Position numbers and translations under genes: made by a program
The notes under the pieces: model-generated
What the model saw: only the letters and a program-made list of their open reading frames with translations
Databases searched by the model: none
What the model was told of the DNA's origin: nothing
Part shown: one piece after another, positions 1 through 12,407 of the stretch
How the letters are laid out: the number at the start of each line of letters is the position of its first letter
Numbering within the stretch: the stretch's first letter is position 1
Assembly (NCBI GenBank): GCA_002269645.1
Contig: NIVC01000133.1
Location: forward strand, 117,421 to 167,173
Length of the DNA stretch: 49,753 nt
Origin: Macrostomum lignano
Lineage: Eukaryota
Reading direction: 5' to 3'

Positions 1-320
<320 letters not shown>

Positions 321-617
321 CCTCTATAGGGAGTCGATAGCGCCCGAGAGACACTCAGTGACACGGCAGAACAGGAGTATCATGGCTTCCCCCGACGCGC
401 CGCTTATTCAGTGGCCACTTGAGCGCATCGGACAGAAGGCCAGCCGCTGTCGCGCAGCGAGCGACAATGAGACGCGGGCTCTGAAGCGCTGATCTTGAAG
501 TTGGTCAAAGTGGGGCCAGATATTTTAGCGGCCTTCCACTCTACTTGACTGGACAATCGTTTCTCTTCGTGCAAAGAATTTTTGTTATTATGATAAGCTG
601 TCCCAGGAAGTTAGTAG

Positions 618-900
618 TTAACTGCACGAAAGAAGCAAAGAACTACTGCGAATAATGCGAGCTTTCTTAATTTGGAATTGAAATGCTTCGCGAACCCTTG
701 AGATTGGAAACGATTTCTTGGGGGTAAAATAGGCTTGGTGAATTTCTGGCAAAGTTTCAACTATGGTACGCAAGCGGCAGAGTTGGTAAAATTGTGCCAT
801 TTTGTTCTGTTTGTCCATGGTTAGAATTTGCTGGATGAGTTGGTTTCTTGGAATGGAATGTTTTCTGAACAAGAGCACCATTATCTTTAAATATATATTC
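618..900 (-). pseudogene. Decayed piggyBac-like transposase fragment
   Basis: IPRNQLIQQI and LCRLRTIVETLPEIHQAYFTPKKSFPI resemble piggyBac motifs (MSRxRFxxI; kiRpxxdxLxxxFxxxYxP). A shifted frame gives LKGSRSISIPN*, similar to FKGR..YIPNK. Recognised by eye only. Confidence 0.42.
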
Positions 901-994
901 ACTGATTCGTCTTGAGCCAACCGTTAAATTCTAATATATAGTTTTTTGGTTAGGTTATTAAGTAATGTATAGTTTAAATTTTTAGTATATTGGA

Positions 995-1545
995 CTAGCT
1001 ATCTGTTGCCCCCCTTCGGGGCGCCCAATAAGCAAGAAGCAAAAATTATTTATGCAAATCCATTAAAAAGCGCATTTTCTTAACAACCAATTCCTTCTTC
1101 AGTCTTATAAATCACCTTATTCGAGTAAAATTGTCACAGACAATTAAAGATGTTTGTTATGAATCTCTTTTTTTAAATGTAACAAAGGAACACAACAAAA
1201 TTTAGCCTTCACAAAGATAGCAGGCATTCCCCTTAAAAATAAAGCATCCCCGAGAAAGCAAGCATCACCCCGATAGCAAGCATCCCCCGATAGCAAGCAT
1301 TCCCCCGATAGCAAGCATCCCCGATAGCAAGCATTCCCCCGATAGCAAGCATCCCCCCAGATAGCAAGAAACCCAGACAGCAAGCATCTCCCCAAATACA
1401 ATAGCAAGCATCCCCCAGATAGCAAGCATCCCCCCAGATAGCAAGCATCCCCGATAGCAAGCATCCCCGATAGCAAGCATCTCCGGATAGCAAGCATCCC
1501 CTGATAGCAAGCATCCCCCCCGATAGCAAGCATCCCTTGAACCAA
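995..1545 (-). mobile_element. Non-autonomous Helitron-like element with internal GATAGCAAGCATCCCC minisatellite (copy 1)
   Basis: On the minus strand a CCCC-GAA-GGGG hairpin lies about 12 nt before a terminal CTAG followed by T. About 250 bp of unique sequence plus the satellite are shared with 43907-44880. The 5' end is not defined. Confidence 0.62.
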
Positions 1546-2319
1546 AAAATAACCGTTTTGGTTAGGTTATTTAATAATTTATAGTTTGAAATGGTTACAT
1601 TAAACTATTAAAACGACCGTTGCCGTTCCCATTAATAATCAACCACCTTTATTAGGGAGAAAAGTCTAGTAAGTAACTTTTTCTATGAGCAGCGGTCGCT
1701 TTCGTGCGAGTCCTACCGATGAAGCGTGATGCTGGAGCGAATCGGAGCGTAACTAAGAAGTTTTTTAAAAATAATGTTTCTTTTTTATATATAGCTATTT
1801 GGCTTGAACGATGATCTTCCGTGCTAAAGGGATCAAAGCCCAGCGTAGTCCAGCACATGCCAGAATGAATGCCAAAAGCATTTATGACGTAACGGTCGCT
1901 CCAAGGCCACAGACGCAGCAGCCGGTCGTCAATCAAAGCTTTGCCAGAAAGTCAGGTAAGCGGCATGAAAGTCTGCTTAGGCTTGAGAAGCGGAAGAATG
2001 GATGATGGAGCCTGGGAGAGAATCTGAGAATCTGGAGATTTCCGAGTGTCGCGTGGTTCAGTTAAAAGTTGGAGGATAACTATTTTAAAAAGGCCGCCGG
2101 CTTCTCTATTGACTTTTGGGATATATTCTCGCTTGAAGGCATTAATTCCAGTAGTTCGACATTAACCACAGACTAAGCTAAGTTTGGTTTCGCATTCGAT
2201 TGGGAAGTTCAGATGGTGAAAATGTTTAGTTGAGGAGCTCAGGTGACTCGCGCTTCATAGATACCGCTTGGAGTTTGAAGCTCATGTGACTTGAGCTTGA
2301 GTAGATCACTCTTGGAGCG

Positions 2320-3077
2320 ACTAGAGCTTGATAGATCCCTATTTAGCGGGAGCTCAAGCGACTGGAGCTTGATAGATCCCTATTTAGCGGGAGCTCAAGC
2401 AACTAGAGCTTGATAGATCCCTATTTAGCGGGAGCTCAAGCAACTAGAGCTTGATAGATCCCTATTTAGCGGGAGCTCAAGAGACTAGAGCTTGATAGAT
2501 CCCTATTTAGCGGGAGCTCAAGAGACTAGAGCTTGATAGATCCCTATTTAGCGGGAGCTCAAGAGACTAGAGCTTGATAGATCCCTATTTAGCGGGAGCT
2601 CAAGCAACTAGAGCTTGATAGATCCCTATTTAGCGGGAGCTCAAGAGACTAGAGCTTGATAGATCCCTATTTAGCGGGAGCTCAAGAGACTAGAGCTTGA
2701 TAGATCCCTATTTAGCGGGAGCTCAAGCAACTAGAGCTTGATAGATCCCTATTTAGCGGGAGCTCAAGAGACTAGAGCTTGATAGATCCCTATTTAGCGG
2801 GAGCTCAAGAGACTAGAGCTTGATAGATCCCTATTTAGCGGGAGCTCAAGCAACTAGAGCTTGATAGATCCCTATTTAGCGGGAGCTCAAGCAACTAGAG
2901 CTTGATAGATCCCTATTTAGCGGGAGCTCAAGAGACTAGAGCTTGATAGATCCCTATTTAGCGGGAGCTCAAGAGACTAGAGCTTGATAGATCCCTATTT
3001 AGCGGGAGCTCAAGAGACTAGAGCTTGATAGATCCCTATTTAGTGAGAACTCAAGAGGCTAGAGCTTGATAGATCCT
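2320..3077. repeat. 41-bp minisatellite ACTAGAGCTTGATAGATCCCTATTTAGCGGGAGCTCAAG(CA/AG), about 18 copies
   Basis: Period 41 (2402 to 2443). TCAAGC..GCTTGA inverted pair across each unit junction. Confidence 0.97.
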
Positions 3078-3233
3078 CATTGAGCTTGGAGCTCAAGTGA
3101 TTAGAGCTTGTTGCAGCTTAAGCGGCTAAATATTGACAGATCCCAGAAACCACACGCAAATACTCGTAGCTTTTGAATGAAGAACGGTATCACTCGCAGG
3201 TTAAGGCGACAGTTATAGGAATTATTCTCTCAC

Positions 3234-3305
3234 CTGATGTCGGTACCGGAATGAAGTCTTCGTCTCTCAGCCGATTGTCAACCTGCTTCAGAGGCCGAGC
3301 GGCGT
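3234..3305 (-). CDS. Probable downstream gene C exon (AARPLKQVDNRLRDEDFIPVPTS); spacer/stalk
   Basis: gctattttcag| acceptor, |gtgaga donor, 72 nt, phase 1-1, open frame. Assignment to gene C rests on strand and phase. Confidence 0.62.
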
Positions 3306-4204
3306 CTGAAAATAGCAAATAGGGTACTTTTTGTACTTTTCATGTCCGTTGCCTACCCAATTTTCATCCCAATCGCACTCTGTACTCCCAAATAAATTAC
3401 ATTTATCTCTCTCCTAACCTGCCCTAACTGTTAACTGCCAGCCCCGCTACCATCCGCCACAGCTAAATCTGTCGGTCTTGGAAACTGTCGGCAGCGCGAC
3501 ACAGACAGGGAGAAGTGCTGGCCGAAGTGAAGGAGGCAATGATGAGGCTAAAGAGGGGTGGGGCAGCCCTGGGGCCATCGGATGACGCTAGCGGCTAGCA
3601 GCAGTTCAAATCACCGCTACTGGAGCTGGGGAAGGGAGGGATGAGAGAGAGATTGACCCCTTGGTATGGCCCTGCTCAACTGTAACAGTCAGTCTGGATG
3701 CCCAGGCTGTGTTTGGAGGCTATTGTGCGTGTGACGGTGGTCCCTCATCTCTGCTGCATATCCGCGTGTCTTTGCCAGTGGCTATAGTTAAAGCTATCAG
3801 TCCGCGTCTTCGTCTCATCTCTCTCTCCCGCCACTTCCTTCTCATTTTCTCGACCCTGGTCTGACCAAACCTTTACCGCATCGCATGGAACGTGCATCAC
3901 AGAGAGAGAGAGGCCCCTCTTTTTTAGTAAAAAAAACTGGATATTCTTCCATAAGCTTTAAGCCTTAAAGCTTTCTATGCTTCTTATTCTATCCGTGATA
4001 TATATGCTCACTATATCGTTCATTAGTGAACCGCGTGTCAGCCAGTGCTGAAAAAGGAGTTCTGGTCACGCCAATCTGCATCTCCGCTATTGTAGTTTGT
4101 TGTCCTTAGTGTATTTAGAGGTGGGAGTAGCTTTGTGTACAAGGTCATCTGCTTATTGTGTGGCTTAGGAATGGATCAGGAAAATGCATCTAGATTAGGG
4201 TAAT

Positions 4205-4578
4205 TTCTGGTAGCAGCAGATTGTAGAAGGTAGATGTGTCTGGTGGCAGATTGTAAGAGGTAGATGTGTCTGGTGGCAGATTGTAAGAGGTAGATGTGTC
4301 TGGTGGCAGATTGTAAGAGGTAGATGTGTCTGGTGGCAGATTGTAAGAGGTAGATGTGTCTGGTGGCAGATTGTAAGAGGTAGATGTGTCTGGTGGCAGA
4401 TTGTAAGAGGTAGATGTGTCTGGTGGCAGATTGTAAGAGGTAGATGTGTCTGGTGGCAGATTGTAGAAGGTAGATGTGTCTGGTGGCAGATTGTAAGAGG
4501 TAGATGTGTCTGGTGGCAGATTGTAAGAGGTAGATGTGTCTGGTGGCAGATTGTAAGAGGTAGATGTGTCTGATGGTA
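4205..4578. repeat. 30-bp minisatellite GGCAGATTGTAAGAGGTAGATGTGTCTGGT, about 12 copies
   Basis: Direct inspection; 10-aa period in the ORF track. Confidence 0.97.
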
Positions 4579-5607
4579 AGAGGTATTTTAATAGATGTCT
4601 GGTAAAAGCAGATTGTAGATTGTAGGTGTTGCTGGTCACTGAAGGCAGATTGCAATAAAAGGCACAGTATATTACTAAGACAGTTTAAACTACGTAATTA
4701 ACGTGTGCTACGGACAACCAGGTCAGTTAATAACTAATTATATTAATCATAATGATTAGAGGTGTCTTAGAAGTGCCTCGTCGCCTTTTAAAAAGCTTTT
4801 AACAATCAATTCAAGCCTGTCCCAATCCCCATGTAATTGAGACTCTGATGCCAAACCGGAAGCAAAGAAGTTTAGTGCTATTATTCCTCTAAGCCCTTCG
4901 CATTGCCTTATAATTGCTAATTAATGTAAAATCACCTTGAAAAGCCTCAGAAAAAAGCATTGGCCCTGTAGCAGGTCCTGGTTGGCTAGCAACAGAAGCC
5001 GGCGCGGCATGGAAAATGATGAATTAATGCGGCCTATTATAATCTAAAATGCCTTGCCTTTATTTCTTCCCTTTTGAAGACGCTGCTTCTGCTGCTGCTA
5101 GAAGAAAATTACTTTGCTGGATGGGGATGGCCGCGGCTATAGGACGAAAGACGGTCAGGCAGGGGATGGCGCTATTATACAAGAGAGAGAAACAGGCTCC
5201 CAATTCATTCTCCATCATTGATGCCGAAGGTTGGAAGCCAAAGAATAAACACGGCGGCGGTGGCCAAGAGACGGCCTGTGGGCGCCGGCGAGCCCCAGCG
5301 CTACGGCAGCTAGACTTACTCTGTGGCGCTATTAATCACGAAAGATAATTGGCTTAGCGACTTATTTTGTGCCGGCGCAGCGCCACCCCTGCCCAGCGAT
5401 CCCGCAGGCGGGCCTTTTGGATGGGGGGGTGAAGGGGGAAAATAATTACAACTATCCCGTGCCGCTATTTGTTGCATTATGAATGCCGGATTGCCTTTTT
5501 CTTGTTGGGGAGATGCCTAATCATCCATTGTTAATTATTGATAGTCATATCCCATTCGCAGCAGCCGAGAGCCAACCTTCCACCCCTGGGGATAAAATTC
5601 CCCCCAC

Positions 5608-5709
5608 TCCCTTGGGTTTGGCGGCAAAGGATTTGATCCAGCGACCCGAATCGGCAGGGAGGCGATGTATGGGGCTGGCAGGGCGGCTGCGTGACTGACG
5701 GTCGGCATG
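5608..5709 (-). CDS. Possible gene C exon (PCRPSVTQPPCQPHTSPPCRFGSLDQILCRQTQG)
   Basis: ctaccag| acceptor would complete the L-P-C junction. 102 nt, phase 1-1, but the donor (gtgggg) is weak and the peptide is not a recognisable domain. Confidence 0.28.
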
Positions 5710-5789
5710 CTGGTAGATGGCGGGTGGGTTGGGAGCGCAAGAGGAGACCATGAGTGAGGGGACAGCGGATGTGAAATCGGTGGATAAGG

Positions 5790-6412
5790 AGAGAGCGGAT
5801 AGGGAGAGAGCGGATAGGGAGAGAGCGGATAGGGAGAGAGCGGATAGGGAGAGAGCGGATAGGGAGAGAGCGGATAGGGAGAGAGCGGATAGGGAGAGAG
5901 CGGATAGGGAGAGAGCGGATAGGGAGAGAGCGGATAGGGAGAGAGCGGATAGGGAGAGAGCGGATAGGGAGAGAGCGGATAGGGAGAGAGCGGATAGGGA
6001 GAGAGCGGATAGGGAGAGAGCGGATAGGGAGAGAGCGGATAGGGAGAGAGCGGATAGGGAGAGAGCGGATAGGGAGAGAGCGGATAGGAGAGAGCGGATA
6101 GGGAGAGAGCGGATAGGGAGAGAGCGGATAGGGAGAGAGCGGATAGGGAGAGAGCGGATAGGGAGAGAGCGGATAGGGAGAGAGCGGATAGGGAGAGAGC
6201 GGATAGGGAGAGAGCGGATAGGGAGAGAGCGGATAGGGAGAGAGCGGATAGGAGAGAGCGGATAGGAGAGAGCGGATAGGGAGAGAGCGGATAGGGAGAG
6301 AGCGGATAGGGAGAGAGCGGATAGGGAGAGAGCGGATAGGGAGAGAGCGGATAGGGAGAGAGCGGATAGGGAGAGAGCGGATAGGGAGAGAGCGGATAGG
6401 GAGAGAGCGGAT
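5790..6412. repeat. 15-bp minisatellite GAGAGCGGATAGGGA, about 41 copies
   Basis: Direct inspection. Confidence 0.97.
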
Positions 6413-6892
6413 CGGGTTAGCCGGATTCGACGTGGAGAAGACGGTGCATATGAATAGGTGGTACACCTGACCTGTTCCCTTGGGCTTGATGCGGTATTAA
6501 ACTCAGACCAAAGAAAAATGAATTCAAACTGCATAGTTAAAAGCCAAAACGCTGCTTGGTCCACAGCGTCCTTACTCTCCTCCAGCCTCACCAAGAGTCG
6601 CACAGAAAAGCCGAAGCCGCCCGATAAAAAAATCCTCATTCACAAACAGCGATCCTCTCCACATTGGCTCAGCCTGACACTTTTATGGCTGCTTGCAGTG
6701 CCCCCTGCTGCGTATTTCTTTTCTGCTTCATGGGAGGAGCTTCCACTACTGCCCGCACCCGTAATAAACTGATCAGAGATGAATGCTCATTTATCCGTGC
6801 AACTAAATATTTGTACATGGCCTGGACTGTACATTGTTCAATAATAATGCTAGGTAGAGCATGTTTGTCTATTGCAAAGAAGCTAAAGTATG

Positions 6893-7425
6893 TCATGCTG
6901 TCTATGGCAAAGAAAAGTGAAGCAAGACATGCTGTCTATGGCAAAGAACGGAAAACCAGACATACTGTCTATGGCAAAGAACGGAAAACCAGACATGCTG
7001 TCTATGGCAAAGAACGGAAAACCAGACATACTGTCTATGGCAAAGAACGGAAAACCAGACATACTGTCTATGGCAAAGAACGGAAAACCAGACATACTGT
7101 CTATGGCAAAGAACGGAAAACCAGACATGCTGTCTATGGCAAAGAACGGAAAACCAGACATACTGTCTATGGCAAAAAGAGCGGAAAACCAGACATGCTG
7201 TCTATGGCAAAACGAGCGGAAAACCAGACATACTGTCTATGGCAAAAAGAGCGGAAAACCAGACATGCTGTCTATGGCAAAAAGAGCGGAAAACCAGACA
7301 TACTGTCTATGGCAAAAAGAGCGGAAAACCAGACATGCTGCCTATGGCAAAAAGAGCGGAAAACCAGACATGCTGTCTATGGCAAAAAGAGCGGAAAACC
7401 AGACATACTGTCTATGGCAAAGAAC
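6893..7425. repeat. 33-bp minisatellite CTGTCTATGGCAAAGAACGGAAAACCAGACAT(A/G), about 16 copies
   Basis: 11-aa period. The right-half units are AAAAAGAGCGG variants. Confidence 0.96.
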
Positions 7426-8126
7426 AGCAAAAGTCTGAAACATATCTTCTTTATTCAGAATATGGTTTGAACAGGCTAAGCACCCTATAATCCGTCCACT
7501 TTTCCCAAGCTTAACCCGCTGTTGCCCCGTCTCCCTCAACTATCTTCCCTTTTCTGTCAAGCACGCATCTGATCCATTTCGTGCTGCTGCTAAAGCCCTT
7601 CATCTGCTAGTCACCGAGCTGCTGATACTGCAGACTTATTGCGTAATCAAGTAGCTGAATATTTAACCTGTTTTTTACTATACACACTGAGCAGAATCCC
7701 CAAGAAAGCTTGCGAATCCCCTCGGCGCTTAGAGAGTTGGGATATAGTTTTTTTTACCTCGGCGTCTCATCTTTCCTCCACCGAGAACCCAACAACCCCT
7801 CACTCTTCCTCTTCCCGATCGTGATCTGGACTTGCGGACACCAAATTTCCAACTCTGTGAGCAGAAGTTTTTGGAAAATTTGTGAATGGCAGAATAGGAT
7901 ACTCACAATCTGTCACAATGCTCAGTCAAGATCTGCTCAGTCAGCTATAAGGTTTCTGGCACTGTATTTGCCTAGCTATGAGAATCCTAGTCGCCCAGGA
8001 AGAAAAAGCAACTTTCATAAATGCCGGGGAAGAGCTGGCACAGCAAAGACTGTAAAATTTTCTTTCAAAATATGACGAGTGAGAAAACTATACTGGACGA
8101 TCATAAATCACTGTGCACTTTCAAAT

Positions 8127-8731
8127 CGAGACACACATATCGGTATGCCATAGACTGCACAATGAGACACACATATCGGTATGCCATAGACTGCACAATG
8201 AGACACACATATCGGTATGCCATAGACTGCACAATGGGACACACATATCGGTATGCCATAGACTGCACAATGAGACACACATATCGGTATGCCATAGACT
8301 GCACAATGAGACACACATATCGGTATGCCATAGACTGCACAATGAGACACACATATCGGTATGCCATAGACTGCACAATGAGATATACATATCGGTATGC
8401 CGTAGACTGCAAAATGAGACACACATATCGGTATGCAGTAGACTGCACAATGAGACACACATATCGGTATGCCATAGACTGCACAATGAGACACACATAT
8501 CGGTATGCCATAGACTGCACAATGAGACACACATATCGGTATGCCATAGACTGCACAATGAGACACACATATCGGTATGCAGTTGCCTGCACAATGAGAC
8601 ACACATATCGGTATGCAGTAGACTGCACAATGAGACACACATATCGGTATGCCATAGACTGCACAATGAGACACACATATCGGTATGCCATAGACTGCAC
8701 AATGAGACACACATATCGGTATGCCGTAGAC
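8127..8731. repeat. 36-bp minisatellite GAGACACACATATCGGTATGCCATAGACTGCACAAT, about 17 copies
   Basis: 12-aa period, contiguous units with no spacers. Confidence 0.97.
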
Positions 8732-8765
8732 AACACTAAAAGCAGCAATATCAGGGTAAACTTAC

Positions 8766-8837
8766 GCAGGCATTTCCTGTTGACCCGGCGCAGGCACTGA
8801 CGAGCCTCAAAATAGCCGGGCGGGCAGTGGTTGCAGG
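8766..8837 (-). CDS. Gene C exon 6: second TNFR-type repeat (ACNHCPPGYFEARQCLRRVNRKCL)
   Basis: gtccgcag| acceptor, |gtaagt donor, 72 nt, phase 1-1. Same Cys spacing as exon 5. Confidence 0.88.
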
Positions 8838-9689
8838 CTGCGGACGAGAACAGGTGGGGATTCGATGTAGCTACGGCACCTGCTGACCAGTTGCTAACTG
8901 TTATGGTTAGCGACAGCAGCAGCAGCAGCAGCAACTCCTTTGACACTGGCATGGTGCTGGCAGCTGCTGTTGCTGATGAAGGAGCTGTTTGGTTGTGCTG
9001 TTACCGAGCGCCAGCGCTAGTGAATTAGAAAGCATGGGCCATGCCATGCGGCGGCTCGCGGCTAGCTGTACAGTTTTAGACGGCTACCCAGCGAGCTAAA
9101 CTCCCCTATCCTACACACTGGAGGGTTGCCTCTGGAGGGGGCCGGGGGTTGGACTGAGCTAGACACCAGATGGACTCAGTACAGAATGGAGCTGGGCTTC
9201 CATTCTGTCAGCTTTGGCTCAATCTATGGAGCTATTGTTCAGGCGAACTCCTGCTGCGGATTGCCGAGGCCAGCTGGAGGAGAGGAGAGAGCGGGGGCTG
9301 TCCGGGGTGGGGGATCAATGACGAATCAATTGAAACAGATCTGGGGTTGGCTGGGTGGGAGCCAGAGAATGTGTTGCTTCCCCTTTTCTCTCTCTCTTTC
9401 TCTCTCTGTTTCTTTCAATTTTCTTTTTTGCTTTCTGACACGCCTGGCTGACAACAATTGAAACTGTATCGTGTCCAGATAACTTTTTGGGAGTCTGGGC
9501 GAGGGGGATGAAGGAGACAAGACGGGAGATTGGGATTGTATAAAAATAGTCTGGAGGCGTCTCTGATTGGCTGAGTAGTCCGCCAATGGAATATGGTGGA
9601 ACTGGGCTGGTTTTCAGGCCCGGCCCAGGGTCCCAGGGCTTGAGTTATTTCTATTGACTGAATGACACACAGTTGCAAATGACAGACGC

Positions 9690-10150
9690 AGACAATCACT
9701 CTGCAGATAATCACTCTGCAGACAATCACTCCGCAGGCAATCACTCCGCAGACAATCACTCCGCAGACAATCACTCCGCAGATAATCACTCCGCAGACAA
9801 TCACTCCGCAGACAATCACTCCGCAGGCAATCACTCCATAGTAAATGGACAATCACTCCACAGATAATCACTCAAAAGTCAATCACACAAAAGACAATCA
9901 CTCCACAGACAATCACTCAAACGTCAATCACACAAAAGACAATCACTCCACAGACAATCACTCAAAAGTCAAATCACACAAAAGACAATCACTCCACAGA
10001 AAATCACTCAAAAGTCAAATCACACAAAAGACAATCACTCCACAGACAATCACTCAAAAGTCAAATTACACAAAAGACAATCACTCCACAGAAAATCACT
10101 CAAAAGTCAAATCACACAAAAGACAATCAATGCGCAGGCAAAATCACTCC
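9690..10150. repeat. 15-bp GACAATCACTCCGCA array grading into a roughly 45-bp three-monomer higher-order unit
   Basis: Direct inspection. Confidence 0.92.
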
Positions 10151-10967
10151 GCAGATATACGAGATCAAGAAGTGGTTAGCATATGCTTATTGAGAGAGTC
10201 AGATTTCGATATAATATTCAGTGACTTACGTCATATGCAAGCGTCAAAGAGCTTAACACTTGAGTAGGGATTATAGCCAGCTCAATGGGTGAAGTAAGCG
10301 CTAACCTGCTCATTTAGAGTCAATCCCGATACGATCTGACATATATGCCCTTAAGCATGAGATCTGATTTATTACAATATAGTTGTCAGCTCATATCTGA
10401 ACTATTATACCAATAGTAGCATTGGTTCAGCTACTCAAGCTACTCAGGAGGAACACGAGCTATGACTCATTCTCAAAGTTAAAATACGCAAACGCCAATA
10501 AAAAGAGATTGTTTAAAATATGTTCGATAGTACAATAAAATAATGCCATGCAACATAAACACATTTGGTACTATACTGCTTGTAGAACTAGCGATGTAAA
10601 TGCTGCACAAATGGCCAGGTGGAACACGCAGCTGCGGGTACGCGTGCCAACGGGAAATCTTTTCCCAAAGTGTGGATAAGAAAACGGCTATAAGGGGGAA
10701 GCGAAGCCGGGGGGGGGATATTTCAAGCATCGCTGCACTTAACTAGCTGAGTGGGGGCTGCTTGCTAGAATGAGTGGCCTTGGCTATAGGGACTCGAGCG
10801 CATAAAAGTTCATAGCGAACTATTTAAATAGATTATTTTAGCGCATTTTAACCAAGGTTCAATTTCTTAGAACTTATCAGACTGGTTGAGCACTGGTGAA
10901 TCTCATGAGTAAGCAGGTCTAGTAACTCGATATCCGCAATGTATATCCATCGGTAGTTCTTGTAAGC

Positions 10968-11211
10968 CAGAGGTTGGCAAACTGTTTTTTAGCTCAAGGG
11001 CCAGATGGAGAATTCAGCTCATGGCTGCGGGCCATAATAGGATAAGATTAGAGAGAGGAGATAAGAGTGAAAAAGAGGGGAGAGGCGAGAGAAGAGACAA
11101 GAGAGCTGAGAAGACACAAACCATGAGCAGGCCGGATTGCTATTGCGAAGTTTCAAAGGACCCGATGGCCGGACCCGAGAAGCTTCGCGGGCCGGAGTTC
11201 GCCGACCGCTG
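10968..11211. mobile_element. hAT (Charlie-like) MITE
   Basis: Imperfect TIRs CAGAGGTTGGCAAAC / GTTCGCCGACCGCTG, flanked by a perfect 8-bp TSD TTGTAAGC (10960-10967 and 11212-11219). Confidence 0.85.
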
Positions 11212-11271
11212 TTGTAAGCAGTTGCCTGGTAGCTATCTTTGATTGAAAATATGCGCTAGAGATTGAGCCAC

Positions 11272-11630
11272 AGGCACTCATTTTGGCGCTTCAGGCACCT
11301 TTTTGGCGCTTCATGCACTTTTCTGGCGCTTCAGGCACCTTTTTGGCGCTTCATGCACTTTTCTGGCGCTTCAGGCACTTTTTTGGCGCTTCAGGCACTT
11401 TTTTGACGCTTGAAGCACTCATTTTGGCGCCGCATTCAGGCACTCATTTTGGCGCCGCATTCAGGCACTCATTTTGGCGCCGCATTCAGGCACTCATTTT
11501 GGCGCCGCATTCAGGCACTCATTTTTGCGCGGCATTCAAGCACTCATTTTGGCGCCGCATTCAGGCACTCATTTTGGCGCCGCATTCAGGCATTTTGGCG
11601 CCGCATTCAGGCACTCATTTTGGCGCCGAA
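11272..11630. repeat. 20- then 25-bp TTTTGGCGCC-core array (TTTTGGCGCCGCATTCAGGCACTCA)
   Basis: Direct inspection. Confidence 0.92.
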
Positions 11631-11691
11631 GGCGCAATATTTTGGCGCCCTGGAGCAAAATTTACATGCCTGACAATGAGAAAGTCTGGGC

Positions 11692-12407
11692 CGCTGTACA
11701 CACCCTGAACAGCTGTACACACCCTGAATAGCTGTACACACCCTGAACAGCTGTACACACCCTGAACAGCTGTACACACCCTGAACAGCTGTACACACCC
11801 TGAACAGCTGTACACACCCTGAACAGCTGTACACACCCTGAACAGCTGTACACACCCTGAACAGCTGTACACACCCTGAACAGCTGTACACACCCTGAAC
11901 AGCTGTACACACCCTGAACAGCTGTACACACCCTGAACAGCTGTACACACCCTGAACAGCTGTACACACCCTGAACAGCTGTACACACCCTGAACAGCTG
12001 TACACACCCTGAACAGCTGTACACACCCTGAACAGCTGTACACACCCTGAACAGCTGTACACACCCTGAACAGCTGTACACACCCTGAACAGCTGTACAC
12101 ACCCTGAACAGCTGTACACACCCTGAACAGCTGTACACACCCTGAACAGCTGTACACACCCTGAACAGCTGTACACACCCTGAACAGCTGTACACACCCT
12201 GAACAGCTGTACACACCCTGAACAGCTGTACACACCCTGAACAGCTGTACACACCCTGAACAGCTGTACACACCCTGAACAGCTGTACACACCCTGAACA
12301 GCTGTACACACCCTGAACAGCTGTACACACCCTGAACAGCTGTACACACCCTGAACAGCTGTACACACCCTGAACAGCTGTACACACCCTGAACAGCTGT
12401 ACACACC
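11692..12407. repeat. 19-bp near-perfect minisatellite GCTGTACACACCCTGAACA, about 37 copies
   Basis: Period 19, with only one variant unit seen. Confidence 0.98.

Noticed and set aside
7850-8060. Strong minus-strand donor (gtgagt at 7906) as a candidate next TNFR exon
   Set aside because: The upstream acceptors I tested all give in-frame stops in phase 1.
8127-8731. 36-bp direct repeats of CRISPR-like length
   Set aside because: The units are contiguous with no unique spacers, there are no cas genes, and the context is a eukaryotic intron.
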